The translations under genes and the position numbers were made by a program. A DNA stretch of 55,415 nt from assembly GCA_001938485.1 (NCBI GenBank), contig MQRK01224761.1, positions 21,713 to 77,127 of the forward strand, in the 5' to 3' direction. This DNA is from Girardia tigrina (lineage: Eukaryota). The notes beneath the pieces are model-generated. The model was not told the origin of the DNA, searched no databases, and saw only the letters and a list, made by a program, of their open reading frames with translations. Shown piece after piece: positions 1 to 13,203 of the stretch. Numbering within the stretch: position 1 is the first letter of the stretch; each line of letters begins with the position of its first letter.

Positions 1-120
1 TTACGAAATAATTGGAACCATATTTAATTAATTTTAAATAAATTAATAAAGATTTGAATGATAATTCTAAACAATAATTTGATAATAATAATTTATAAAA
101 CTTATATTCTTCCTAACATG

Positions 121-2193
121 GATGTTAGACGAGAAATGGAGACGGTAGAATGGAGATTTGCAATAGTAACAATTTTGAAACCAGACATGATAGGAGATAT
201 GCCATTGATGGAAGAGTTCGGGATAGAAATCCAATGGAAAGAACAAAATCAAGAAAATGGTAAAACAAATATATGTGAAATCGAGGCTAAATTTGGGGAA
301 AAGATTACGGGTGAAGATCGAGGTAAAGAGGCATTAAAAACGATAGAAACATAGAACGATAAATCAATAAAGAAATTAATCCACCAATATCGAGGCATAT
401 TTATGGCAAACAACTGGGATATCGGGTGCACGAATTTACTACGTCATATAATAGAAAAAACTAATCAATATAAAACCAAGAAGACAGCCGGTGCATTTAG
501 AGGGTAAATTGGAAGAAGCAATTAAGAACCTTGAAGCAAATGGAATAATACGACCATGTAACTCACAATGGAATACGCCGATAGTATGTGTCTGGAAAAA
601 GGACAAAGATGAAATCAGACTATGCCTAGACTTTAGACAATTATACCTTATTACAAAGAGACAAGCATTTCCCATGCCGAACATAACAGAGATGATGGAT
701 AGGTTACACGGAGCCAAATATTTCAGTACAATAGATTTGGGAAATGCGTACTACCAAGTAGAATTAGACAAGGAGTCGCAAGAAAAGACGGCATTCTCAA
801 CGAAATCAGGGCAATTTTGTTTCAAACGCATACCTTTTGGCATAGCAGCAGCACCAGGAACGTTTCAGGAATTAATGAAGCAATTAAAAACCTAAAAGCA
901 AATGGAATAATAAGGCCATTTAACTCGAAATGGAACACACCGATAGTATGTGTCTGGAAAAAGGACAAGGATGAAATCAGACTGTACCTAGACTTTAGAC
1001 AATTAAACCTTATTACAAGAGACATAACAGAGATGATGGATAGGTTACTAGGAGCCAAAAATTTCAGTACAATAGACTTGGAAAATGAGTACTACCAAGT
1101 AGAATTAGACAAGGAGTCGCAAGAAAAGACGGCATTTTCAACGAAATCAGGGCAATTTTGTTTCAAACGTATGCCTTTCGGCATAGCAGCAGCACCAGGA
1201 AAGTTTCAGGAATTAATTACTAAAGTTTTGTAACCGATAAAAAAGGGAGCGTCAGTTTACTTAGATGACATTAATTACAACAAGGACAAAAGAGGAGCAC
1301 TACGATGTAATCAAAGAAGTTTTCGAAAGAATTAGGCAAATAGGATTGAGGATAAAAGATATTAAGACAAGAAGTGAAATTTTTAGGACATATAATTAAT
1401 CACAAGGGAATACAGACAGATCCAGAAAAATCGTTGCGATAGAAAATTTTCAAAGACCGAAGTGCATTAAGAATTTGAGGAGTTTTTTTGGGAATCTGCA
1501 ATTATTACAGGAGATTTATTAACGGATATGCGTAGAAAGCTAAAGTATTAGAAGGAATGTGCGGGTCAAACAATGAAAAACTGGTATGGACAGACGAGTG
1601 CGAAATAGCATTTCAAGATATGAAAAGAGCATTAATATTGGCACCAATATTGAGCTTCCCGAACTTTAATAAACAGTTTATCTTAGACAACATAGGGGCA
1701 GTATTATCACAGATATACGATTCAGGTAGAGAACAAGTTATAGCATCTGGATCACACACAATGTTGGCGCATGAAAGAGGGTACTGCATAACCAGGAAGG
1801 AACCTTTAGCGATTTTTTATTTCTGTCAGCAATCATTAATCACTATTTGTATGGAAAGAAGTTTAAATTACGAACAGACCCTAAAGCGATTACTTTCATG
1901 TTTCAAACAAAAAACCGTTAACTGCTCAGTTCCAAACATGGGTGAACTATTTAAACAGTCTTGATATTGAAATAGAATACAGAAAAGGGGAATTACATGG
2001 CAACGTGGGTATGTTATCTAGAAAAAATTGCGAAACGTGTACTCAGTGTCAAATGGAACATGAAGAAGCGAAAAAGGGTAAAAACAAGAACAGGCTATTA
2101 GCGGTAACTACGAGAAGCCAAGCAAGAGCGGGACAGAAAGAATGGGTACCTAAAGAAAAACGGAATGAGCTAATTATTCAAACACATTTATAA
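121..2193 (+). mobile_element. pol: Degenerate Ty3/Gypsy LTR-retrotransposon pol (protease end, RT, RNase H, start of integrase)
   Basis: RT motifs WNTPIVCVWKK, RLCLDFRQL, IDLGNAYYQV, KTAFST, PFGIAAAPGTFQ and VYLDDI (~1255-1272). RNase H IGAVLSQ...ERGYCITRKE. Many frameshifts and stops; truncated at ~2193. Confidence 0.95.
515..1216 (+). repeat. Tandem duplication (~360 bp unit) of the N-terminal RT segment in the Gypsy remnant
   Basis: gaagcaattaa...caggaattaat occurs at 515-877 and again at 878-1216; the second copy has an in-frame ~21-nt deletion (KRQAFPMPN to RD). Confidence 0.92.
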
Positions 2194-2744
2194 ACTTGCT
2201 TGAATTTCATTTGTAATTATATTTTTCAATCAAAAAAGTTATGTTGAAAGAAAACATAATGCTTCTACATAGCATCTTAAAGGGTAGGCCTCTTCCTTCT
2301 AGAAGGCTCCGTGAGTAACATTCTGAACTAATAGTTTTTAAAACTTTTCAGGAGCTTCATTTGGAGTCTCGTTCCGAAACACACAAATAATTATGGATAC
2401 CGCTTATGCATTACCGTAACCCTTCTCAGGATAGCATAATTTTCTTTATTGATCGCAAGCCATCTACTAATACGATACTAAGCAGAATTCCAGCAAAGAT
2501 AAGATTCGGATACTTTAGTCTATAGTATAACGACCATATGTTCTTAAGAACATTATATGGTTGTATGTCCAACTGACTTAACACAAGTTATTAATTGAAA
2601 TATAAATTTAGATCTTTAGAAATATTTTAATGGACATATCCTGTAAAAATTCAATTCCTAAATAATTTTTCTTTAATTTTAAATCATTCGATTATAAACT
2701 ATTTTTTAATAAAACTTTCCCATTGACAATTAAATTCAATAAGC

Positions 2745-3030
2745 ATTATGATTTTATTTTAAATAATGTTACAAGATGTATCAAAATCTTCTTTACAATA
2801 TTCTTTAACTCCGAAGCTGTTATTTTAATTGTGAATTTTTAAAACTTAATTTTTATAAAAAATTGTCCCAATTTAATTAAAAACATTATCATTACACTAT
2901 AATTTTTTTTACAAAAATTATTTCATTCTAATTAGTCGAACATTATCCTTAATTTAATTTATCTAAAATATAAATATGATTTTTTATTTAAAAATATCAA
3001 AAATTTAAAGTTCACCAAAAGGAACCCCAA
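2745..3030 (+). repeat. Dispersed direct repeat, second copy at ~7480-7745
   Basis: Shared blocks tatcaaaatcttctttacaatattctt..actccgaa, ttattttaattgtgaatttttaa and gttcaccaaaa.gaacc in both places. Confidence 0.8.
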
Positions 3031-3630
3031 CAAAGGGTAAAAAACCAAACCGTCTAGGAAAACGACAACGATGCAATCAATACTCACCAAAGTATTTGAT
3101 AACGAACATAAAATAATTTCTGATAATTTAATAAAAGTGTAATAAAAATTTACAAAATGTACTTTAATTATCTTTTTTTAGTCACACAATCAGTAAAATT
3201 ATCATTAATTCTTTCATTAATTTATAATTATAAGTCATTTATTCAGTTACGGAATTTTCATTCCAAAACAAATTTTGACAGTTTATAAAATTTATATTTC
3301 CTCTGTTTTGTATTATTATAAAATATAATAATTATATTTTTACACTGTTTTTCATAAATTTTATAAGCAAAATGAATACCGATTTTCTTTTCAGAAATGT
3401 TTTATTTATTTTTAAATATTGTTTTAAAGAATGAAAATCTATTTAAAATTTTAAAAATTTATAAATATGAAAGTAATAATTTAATGATTTGATATACTAG
3501 AACACGTAAATGGCCAGTAATTAAATTATATAAAATTATATTTTTCGGCCAATGAGACCTGTACCAATCAAAATTGAACTTTTAACGAGTATTTATTGAA
3601 GACAAAATTCCCTGAGACATCTCAAACAAC

Positions 3631-3919
3631 ATGATTAATATCAATGGGTAAATTTATATTTTCCTATTCTTGGATAATATTCCAATTTTGAATAATACTT
3701 TTCAATTTCAGATTCCTTGCTCTATCAATTGCAATATTATTTATCTTTCAATATACTCCAGAAGTACATGCCGAGAGAGTCAGCGATGGCGTACCAATTT
3801 TCGTAAAACGCTTTCAAAAACGACAAGACTACCCTCATTTTGGCTTCGAAAATGATATGGAAGACGTTAAAAAGCTATTAAGATATAATTATGATCCACT
3901 TCGACAATATGGTAAATAA
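3631..3919 (+). CDS. Putative secreted neuropeptide prohormone, 74 aa, exons 3631-3647 and 3712-3919
   Basis: Removing intron 3648-3711 (GTAAAT...TTTCAG, 64 nt) gives MININGFLALSIAILFIFQYTPEVHA-ERVSDGVPIFV-KR-FQ-KR-QDYPHFGFENDMEDV-KK-LLRYNYDPLRQY-GK*. It has a hydrophobic signal peptide ending V-H-A, three dibasic sites, a Gly-Lys amidation signal, and AATAAA at ~3958. Confidence 0.8.
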
Positions 3920-4016
3920 ATCCTAAAGTGTCATAGAGAAAGGAAATATATTTTACAAATAAAAAACTTGTTTTATTAAAGTGATTTTTTTCAAAATTTA
4001 ATTTATATTATTATTA

Positions 4017-4227
4017 CCGTAATTTCCGCACTATAAAGCGCACCGTATTATAAACCGCACATTGCCTGCTTTTCCCAAAAAAAACATTATAAGTTATGAC
4101 ATTATATAAAAAAACATTATAAATATTATAAAACAAATAAAAACATTATAAAAACGTATAAGCCGCAACTCTTAAATTATGACTCATTTCAGGTTTTTAA
4201 GTGCGGCTTATAGTCCGGAATTTACGG
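4017..4227. mobile_element. pogo/Tigger-type MITE
   Basis: TIRs ccgtaatttccgcactataa / ttatagtccggaatttacgg with TA on both sides; internal aaaacattata repeats. Confidence 0.85.
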
Positions 4228-7200
4228 TACTATTATAGTAATAATTATTATTATTATTTTAACTAATAATTCATATTTTCGTTGTTATCACATTAGAAAT
4301 CATTTCCCAAGGAAATTATATATTCATATGACAAATACTAAATTAAAATAATTTGCTGACAAATAAAATGATTTATGATAATTATATATTACGGAAATAA
4401 ATAATAGTTCAATAAACTATACCGAAAAAACGATTAATATACTTTTAGAAAATAAGAAAATAATCATATTTTAAAATATTAATATATTATTAAAATTTAT
4501 TTTTACATATATTTCTTATCAAGTTATAATATATATTAAGTTTAATATCAAATTATATTATGTATTAAATAATGATTTTATTCAATTTAAGATAAAATAT
4601 TAATAAAAAATAATTAAATATATTTAGAGTTTTAAATTTGTAAGTGATTTTGTAGTTCTACATTTATTACTTTAATAAATCACAATATATTATATAAACT
4701 CATATCAGTAATAATAAGTTTAAAATTAATATTAGATTAGTATATTTGATTTAAGTAGTAAAAATATATTTTTATCGAACTCTAAAAATTTTTAAATGAA
4801 ACCAGCCTTAGCCATGTCGTTCCTGAAGAAAAGGATGTGAAGTTAATGTTCTTCTGATTTCAGTAGAATATGTGTTCCAGAATATCTTCAAACATTCCTT
4901 AAAATAAAATGAATAAAGATTTTATTCCGCTTTTTAATTTTATTTAATGATATTTATATTTTATTTAGGACGATAATGAGATAATGAGTAAAAATTTTGG
5001 TTTATTGTAATATTTTATTTTCCAAATAACTCGGCAAATGAACAAATTATGAACAAATCTTTTAATGAACTGTCAAATTTCCAAATAAAAATTTTACAAT
5101 GCCAATATTAACTCACTTCCGATATATTTATTATTGAGTCTTGTGAACGCTAATTTGATAGTTTTGAAAAATAATTTTGTTATAGCTTTTTAAGAAATTG
5201 ATTATTATACAGTGCTCCGTAAAAGTATACGATCACCTTAATTTTTGCGAGTTTTCTAGAAAGCAATTGATCTACATAAAAAGTTTCCTTTCTACGTTGT
5301 TACGGTCGACAAGAAAGGATATTATTCATATTTTGACATATACCGTACATTATTCATTTATTTTTTTGATAGTTAAATAAAAATCTAATCTTTTATGTTT
5401 CTATACGAGAATAATATAAAATCTATTGAATACATTATTCTGGATTTATTTGTAAGATTTTTAATGAGATTTAGATTAAAAAAATAAATATATTGCACTA
5501 ATTACTAATTATTATAACTAAAATTATGATATGATAATGAGTATTTTATATTCTAATGACTTCAGATATGAATCACATCAAACTTATTCTATGTAATAAT
5601 TAGTTGTAAAAATTTAAAAATTGCTAATTAATGAATAATTATAATGAACTATACAGTCATACTTATCTTCGTAAAATATTTTATGATTTGACTTAGTACC
5701 AAAAGCGGATCCAGGGGGGGGGTAAAGGTACTAATTACCCCTCCCATGGATCCTCCCTTTCCTCTAACCTACCTGAGTTATACGCAATGAAACAAGAAGT
5801 TCAAGCTCGGTAGTACTAATTTGATAATTTTTCTGTCGGATATTTTAATGATTTAAAAACACTTTTTGCTGTGTGTTTATCTAGTACAGGGTTTTGCATT
5901 TAATTCCGTCTTTTTTGAATCAAAATTCTTGGTTTTTGCAATCAAATTACCCCCCCCCCTGGAATCTTAAATTTAAACATAGAATATCGTAGCGGAATTG
6001 AGGGCTTTGGCAAAGAAAACTAAAATTTTATTCGTATCCAAATTGTTTAATTATAACTTTTTCAAAATTTAAATAATCTAATAAGCTATAAGGTCATATT
6101 CTACAGAACTTATTTTGTTTAGAGACATTATAAGAAAATACACCAAGATTTCATACCAAACGTTTACTCTTCCTTAAGTAAAAACTCACAATTCCATTAC
6201 ACTGTTCTATGTTTATTTATATATTGTGGTGCTACAACGTCTCACTTAAATTTAAAGTTAATCTATGAATTTTATGGTAAATATTTTTATACTATTTCTG
6301 GTTTATACCGATTCGATAACATCATTAAAGTATAAACACATTCCTACTAGTTACCATGTCAGGAGTAAGCCTTTTTTATGAGATTCACATGTCGCTGTTT
6401 CATGAATAGTGCACAAAATTTTTCGTTTTATATTCGCGCTAAAATCTGCTGTTTTTTACTTCCCACGCTTAAAAGAAGTATTTTATTCAAAAAATTTTCA
6501 ACTTTCTCAATTTTCAAAAATTTCACCTTTTAAGGTCTGCACAATTTAAAACACTCGTTTTTAAAAAATTTCGGTCTGCCTTTCTGTCTGTTGGTCAATT
6601 ATCTCAAAAAGTATTTATCATAGAACAATAAATTTTGACACGCAACCTAAGAATATAATAAGGACGTTACCAAAATTTTTGGAAGAAATATACAGAGTAA
6701 AAAATGTTATAGCCAAAATGTAGTTTTTTGAAATGGAACTACTATAATTTATTTTATTTTTAGACAGTACTTAATAAATGCTGTTAAGAAATAACCTATT
6801 TTATATAGGGTGATTAAAAAGTATTGGGATGGCTAAATATTCCGAAAACTGGAGTTCATATAGTTCAATTTTATACAAAAGGTTGTAGGAAATTAAATGT
6901 TATTTTACATGGAGGTATATTTCCTTATACGCGGTGTACCAAAAAATAACATTTTTTGAATTAGAATGCCACATATATTTTTGCATTTTCGAAAATAGAC
7001 TTAATACTAAGAACTTTACCCTCTATAGACCATATATCTATATTCAATTGTTTCGAACTGCAGACAGCTGAATATCATAAAATGTACTTTATTAATAACT
7101 AAATTAATGTAAGAATTTATATTAGCCACTGTGCAGAACGTTAATGATAGATCAAACTTATTTTATTTTCATATCTTAGTTTTTAAAGGTTATTCCCCCT

Positions 7201-7924
7201 TAAAACTAAAACTCAAAGCGAGGTAAGTACCATATAAAGGACTTAACTCAATTTTTAAAGCTTATTATACGGATATTACATTGTGATCAGAGAACATTAA
7301 TTGTTTTGTATACCAGTTATTGGATTCCTGAGTAAAATCCAAAGTCATTATTCGCAAACTATTTCTAACACAAGACATTTTCCAAACAAATTTTTTGAGA
7401 AACACTATTTTCAATTTTCATAAACCAGATTTTTAAAATTCTAGATATAAATATGAATATATTAATAATTGATATACAAATGATTTTATTTTAAAAAGTA
7501 TTACAAGACATATCAAAATCTTCTTTACAATATTCTTTTACTCCGAAACAGTTATTTTAATTGTGAATTTTTAACCTATTTTTTTATAAAAACTTATTTC
7601 ATTTTAATTATTAAAATATTATCTGTGAACTATAATTTTTATTAAAACTTATTTCATTTTAATTAGTAAAATATTATTTTAACTTATCTCAACCATAAAT
7701 ATGTTTTTACTTTAAAAATTTACAGTTCACCAAAAAGAACCTCCTAACACCAGTTATTGGCATTTGTGTTGAATAATTAGAAATAAGATATTACATTATT
7801 TTTATATTTTTATATTTCTTTAAAATAGGCATTTTTCTTAATTAGTTTAATAATCATAATTATTCTTTAGACGTCGACGTTTTGTACAAATTAGTTTGCT
7901 ATCTTTTAATAAAAATCAATGTTT

Positions 7925-10290
7925 TACTCCTCTGGAACTAACAAACTACGCGCATCACGTAAAGAAAAAGTCAGTTTTTAAGAATAACCTTTATGTCGAA
8001 CTTCGACGACTATTGAAAAAAATATGTGACACAGCCCAGAACTCCTCCAACGAATAATTGTATGCAGATAAGGATCTTGGATGACTTGGACTGGTGTCAG
8101 CGACAGACAAATATGTAATGCGATTGATAGGCAAGCATTTTGAAATCTCATTGGTTCGGAATCGACATCTCAGAACTTAACATTAATTAATTTAGCAAAA
8201 ACTCTTTACCTTTTTACTTTCAAAATGAGAATAGTAACTTTCATAATGAGAATAATAACTTTTATAATGAGAATAATGATTATGAAGGAACAGGAAATGA
8301 TAATCATATTAACCTTTTTTAAAAATTGTTAATATCATTAATTGTTAGTAATTCATTAAAATTAAATCAGTAACAATTCGGTAACCATCACTACAATCTC
8401 CGACCAGAACTTTTTTGGGTATTGATTATTTAAGATTGAATTTAATTGAATTTATTGAGCTTAATTCGAATTTATTGAATTTATTGGGCTTAATTTTTTA
8501 TTAATATTTTTTAAAATTAAAAGCCATGTGTGGTGGTTCTAAGAGTTCTAATGTCCATGTAATAGGATGTATGTGCAATATTTGCATATTATACTATAAA
8601 AGATTAAAAGTGAGCAGGCCTGTGAATGGATGCGTAATTGCCTAAGAGATACCAAGCAGAAATTCGATGAACCTGTTGTAATGGTTGTAGATAATGCCCC
8701 ATGCCCCTCGAGCCTTGAATCCGTTTTTAGGGAGCCAGAATATATGGGAAACATTTTATTGAGGCTAAGTCCTTATAGCCCAACGTTTAACCCCATGAAA
8801 AATGTTTGGTCTTCTGCAAATGCAAAGGTTAAAAGAGATTGGGCCAAAAAGATGAAATTTATTTTGACCAATACACCTTTTAACTTGACAATTAAAGAGA
8901 ATCGATTAAGAGCTCTTGAAGAAATAATAAAAGAAGGAATGCGAGTCATTACACCTGGAATGTGCAGCAATTTTATTACTCAAATTTTTAGTTAAGTTGC
9001 AGATGCAATTAATTTGGTTTGTATGGTCTTTTAATAAAATTTGTGAGTTTTAGTTACTAGTCTCATTTTGAAAGTTACTATTCTCATTTTGAAAGTTACT
9101 ATTCTTATTTTGAAAGTAAAAAGGTATAGATATAAACAACAATACATGTAGACACTGGACACTCTCTGATTGACTAGAGTGGTTAAATCAAGGCGACATA
9201 GAGAACGGATACAAATCGTGGTAGACAAAGATTCGCAACTCAGTTAAATATCTCGATTCTATTGGGTTGCGAGCAAGATTCACCAGTCAGGAACTTTGAA
9301 TCTGTTTAAAGATCAATACCAATACGGAGTCAGTGTTGATTTCTAAAACTCACATGCACTCAATCTCCTCCCAGTTCCATTGTTTGTATGCAAAACTAAA
9401 ATTTACAAAGTGGAGCATTTAAACGATGGCTGGATTATCTGCTGTTGCGATTGCAGTCAACAAGGATAGTTTTGATGTCATGTACAGTGAAAACATTACA
9501 AACGAAGAATGAAAATTCCTTCACAATACACGATAAAACAGTCACCCAACTAATTACAAACCCAGAAAATCCTGCAATGAAACACATGCTGATAGTGCGG
9601 CAAATATACAGAGACACCTATTTATATCTTGTGTCTCTATAAAATAAATAGTCCGATGATTATTGCCCGACATAATGCGGTGATGCAGATTGTCGAAGAA
9701 GCAATATCATCAGAAAAATCAATCTTACAAATAATTAAAGACCGTAAGTGCGTGTGGTCTGACTCGAAAAGCAGAGTTGAATTAAAAATACAATAAGGGT
9801 TCTAAAGATTTCAGAATGATCAATGTCAAAACACCGTACGATACGCTTAAAACTCTAAAGAAAGCAAGAAATGACTATGAGACGAAATATAAAAAAGCTG
9901 AAAGAGGAGGCCAAAAGCAAAACAAAGGATGGACAGTTTGACTGGGCACCATAGTAGTGGGTTGATTGGGTTCTTGGCTGAGTGAAAACGAAACAATACT
10001 CAAAACATTAAAACTCTCAGAGATGACAACAAAAAATCTGAGACGCATGTGTATTGCCTCCAATGTCAAGTATTGTACTTTAACATAGAGCAAACACAAC
10101 ACCGGTCAGTGAAACCCCCTCGCGTCAAATGCAGGGACTGTTTTTCCTGCAACGGTTGTGGTAGATGCGCCACCAAAAGGGTAGATAAGGAAAGGGAGAG
10201 TAATGCACTCCAATGAGCAACTCTAGCTCAGAGTGTTCGCCTGTTATTCGAAGATAACGATAAGTATTCCGAACAGGAATGTGTTGTTTT
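7925..10290 (+). mobile_element. 3' fragment of REL-endonuclease non-LTR retrotransposon (NeSL/R2 group), split by a Tc1-like insertion
   Basis: RT-thumb motif LYADKDLG*LGLV (~8058-8097); decayed zinc knuckle C**CGKYTETP and IIARHNAVMQ (~9586-9690); REL motifs INVKTPYD and IVVG*LGSW (~9950-9977); stop at ~10112 then a GC-richer 3' UTR. Confidence 0.8.
8204..9129 (+). mobile_element. Internally deleted Tc1/IS630-type DNA transposon
   Basis: TIRs ctttacctttttactttcaaaatgagaatagtaac / gttactattcttattttgaaagtaaaaaggtatag with ~20-bp internal direct repeats. ORF 8630-8995 has VVDNAPC...LSPYSPTFNPM..VWS DDE motifs. Confidence 0.88.
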
Positions 10291-12039
10291 ATATAATTTT
10301 TGTAATTTTATTTATCAAAAGATTACACCCCTAGGCTTTTCCCCTGGATCCACCCTTGTTTAGTACTCGTAAAAATTATTGTATTGACTCGTGAAATGTA
10401 AAACAGGAAAAGAAGCTTGAATTTACCCGTAAGATATGTAAAGTGATTTGACTCATAAAATATGTTAATTAATTACGAGTCACGTATAATCAATCTGGTC
10501 GAAAAGAAAACAAAAGAAAAGTTCATAAACAAAAATTGTTTGAATAATTTTTATTTGTGATTAAAATAAAGTTTTGCTTTCTTGTGACTTTAATTATTGA
10601 TCACGAACCCAACAATATGAATGCATTAATATTGTTGGGAAATCTATTTATGAAATCTATAATTGATCAAAGAGAGGGTAAATACTAATCAAAAGCATGT
10701 CAGGACATATGTAATGTCAAAATTAAAATAACAGTGTCACAAAGATTTAAAATTCTGACCATGAGCGTTGAATACAAAATGTTACATTTTTAGTTATTGT
10801 ATTAGATGATAACATCATCACAGTTTTAATATATATGAACGTGAATTTTAACCTTTTTGTTGTAGCCAAATCCCACCAAAACATTTCTGTAGTTCGAGAA
10901 ATCCCTGTTCAATAATTTAACTATCTTTTGGAGAAAACGTCATTTATTTTTTAAAGGGAAATACAATTATTTATGCTCAGAGTATTATATGTGTTTGTTG
11001 ATGAAATTAAAACAAAATTGTTCATGTTTGTACATACTAAAATTGTACATATTATATTTATTTTTATCCAAATCTCAATGGATAAGCTGAGCATTGTGTT
11101 TCTTGCATAACTCTAAGATTCGGTCTTGGTTTAAACAGATACGCAACGTTTATTTTTCACAGAAAACAATTGTTCTAGTTTCTTGTATTTGATGGTATTA
11201 ATAGCAGAAAATCTAAATTCTCAAAAATTATGAGGTTGAAAATTGCACAATAAATCATTGTGTTTTCTGAAAAATTCTTGGATATTTCTTTTTAACTAGC
11301 AACCAAAATGCATTCAGGTTAATTATGTTAAATTAAGTATATTTAAACAATAAATAATAATAATAAAATAGATTTTCGAAATTGAATTTGTGATGTTTAT
11401 TTGTTCGTGGTTCTAATTTAGAAATTGCGGAACCCTTGGATTGTACTTAGTATAAAGAGGCTAACTGAAATGAATGTTTCAATGAGCTCTTTTAACAAAT
11501 TATATAAATAAATAAGAAAATAAACAATAAATTTTAATTTGACAAAACTATATTGAAAAATAACTAACTAATGGTCACAAATATGGTCTGTCACTAAGAA
11601 ACAGGAATAAAGTCGCCAAATATCGGGTCTCAGGAGTTCGAATAATTCGAATTGCCATCACAAATATTAGAATTATTAATCGATCTAGAGAGAGATTCTT
11701 CGAGTAAGAAATGATTGCCGGGTTTTGTAGAATTATTGTTATCGATTACTGTCGATGACGAGTGAGGACGGGAATTGATGAAGTGAAATTGAGATTGATA
11801 TTTGAGATATCAGAAGTTGCTGTTGAATTATTTCCGAATTATTATTGTTGAATAATTTTCTGCTGATTGACTAGCAACTAGACTCTAATTTGTTCTTTGA
11901 TATCCACGAGTAGTTTTTTGATTTGTGACAATAAATACAAGTAAATAAAAGAATTGTCGACATGATCACTCATAGTTTTAAAGAAACAAATTTAGCATTT
12001 TTAAATCGATAACAAAATCGATTTTATTTATTAATATTA

Positions 12040-12042
<3 letters not shown>

Positions 12043-12089
<47 letters not shown>
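12043..12089. repeat. (TA)n microsatellite followed by a solo hAT-like end (cagggcgtagccagg at ~12092)
   Basis: Seen directly; other (TA)n tracts at ~14984, 18697, 22244, 29700, 42715 and 54170. Confidence 0.9.
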
Positions 12090-12091
<2 letters not shown>

Positions 12092-13203
12092 CAGGGCGTA
12101 GCCAGGAGTAATGAATAGAGGGGGCTTCACGAATTTTAGGGGGCGCCTTTTGTCATCATTAATAAAAATGGTACTCTTTTTTAAAAAAATGCTGGAACAC
12201 AATACTGATTAACCCTTTCACGCTCAAGGTAAATATTTTTCCCTTCTATTAAAATCATTATCGATTGTTCAATTATTATTGAATCGATAATTATTGTACT
12301 GAATGTCAAAATAAAACGTATGTCCAATTTGGCAAATGTGTTTCTGAATGAATAAAAAAAAGAACTATCAAACTTTATTGCGCCAAAACCAAAACATTGG
12401 CAGACTGAACTTTAGTCTTGGACATCTTATGGTTCTGTAAGGGTTAAGAAACCAAATTTATAATTTGATTTCTTCAGTCTTAATGTATTACAACATAACA
12501 CAAAGTATGATCAGTATAATTATAATTTCCGGTCTTTATTTGAGTTAAAATTTTTGGAGGAATTTTTCAAAATTGATATATTTGGCTCGATTTGATTAAA
12601 GGTAGATTTACCAAATCAAACTAGCGAGCGTTTATCATCGACTGTCTTTAGGGCCTGTTCACGAGAGTTAACACGGAGAATGTCAGTTCGCATATAGCCG
12701 TGCTGCTTCCAACGGCTGCTATGCTGGCTACCATTTTGTATGTTTCTTCAAACGCAACTCGCTGTTAATATATTGCCTGGCAGGATAAATATAAAACAAA
12801 AGATACGCATTGTGTCAGAAGATACCAATAGAAGCATTTAAAAAGCAATTTCATCTCGAAAGCATCCAAATAATCGCTTTTTTTTCAAATAGCTCTGTAA
12901 GGAATATTTGGAGTGTTGATGTTTTATGTATTGTTTGCATGTTTAAATGATGTGTTGATTTTGGATTGTGCCTCTACTAACCAGATGGATGATTAATATT
13001 TTAATTGTTATAATCTGAAACTAATTTATTCAAATTTAAATTTAATATTCAAATTTTTAATTTCATTATTATTGTAAATTTTAAATAATTTTATTAATTT
13101 TATTTTGTAAATTTTTTTAAGTAAAATAATCAAATTAATGTTTTTAAAGGATTATACAAAGTAATTTTGTTTTAACCAATAAAATTTAAAGTAAGTATTT
13201 TAA

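Larger units (their letters stand above)
5700..10358. mobile_element. Non-autonomous hAT-like element expanded by nested insertions
   Basis: TIRs caaaagcggatccagggg (5700) / cccctggatccacccttg (ends 10358); 8-bp TSD cttagtac (5692-5699) vs tttagtac (10359-10366), 7/8 identical. Confidence 0.7.

Noticed and set aside
4795-4900. Minus-strand exon-like piece ECLKIFWNTYSTEIRRTLTSHPFLQERHG*, and a candidate first exon at ~18360-18411
   Set aside because: Isolated, cannot be linked into a gene, and could arise by chance.
11570-11973. Minus-strand ORF-like stretch starting MSDHVDNSF
   Set aside because: Multiple in-frame stops and no recognisable motif.
12213-12443. TTAA-ccctt...aaggg-TTAA candidate piggyBac MITE
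   Set aside because: Inverted match extends only ~5 bp; the ends may come from different elements.
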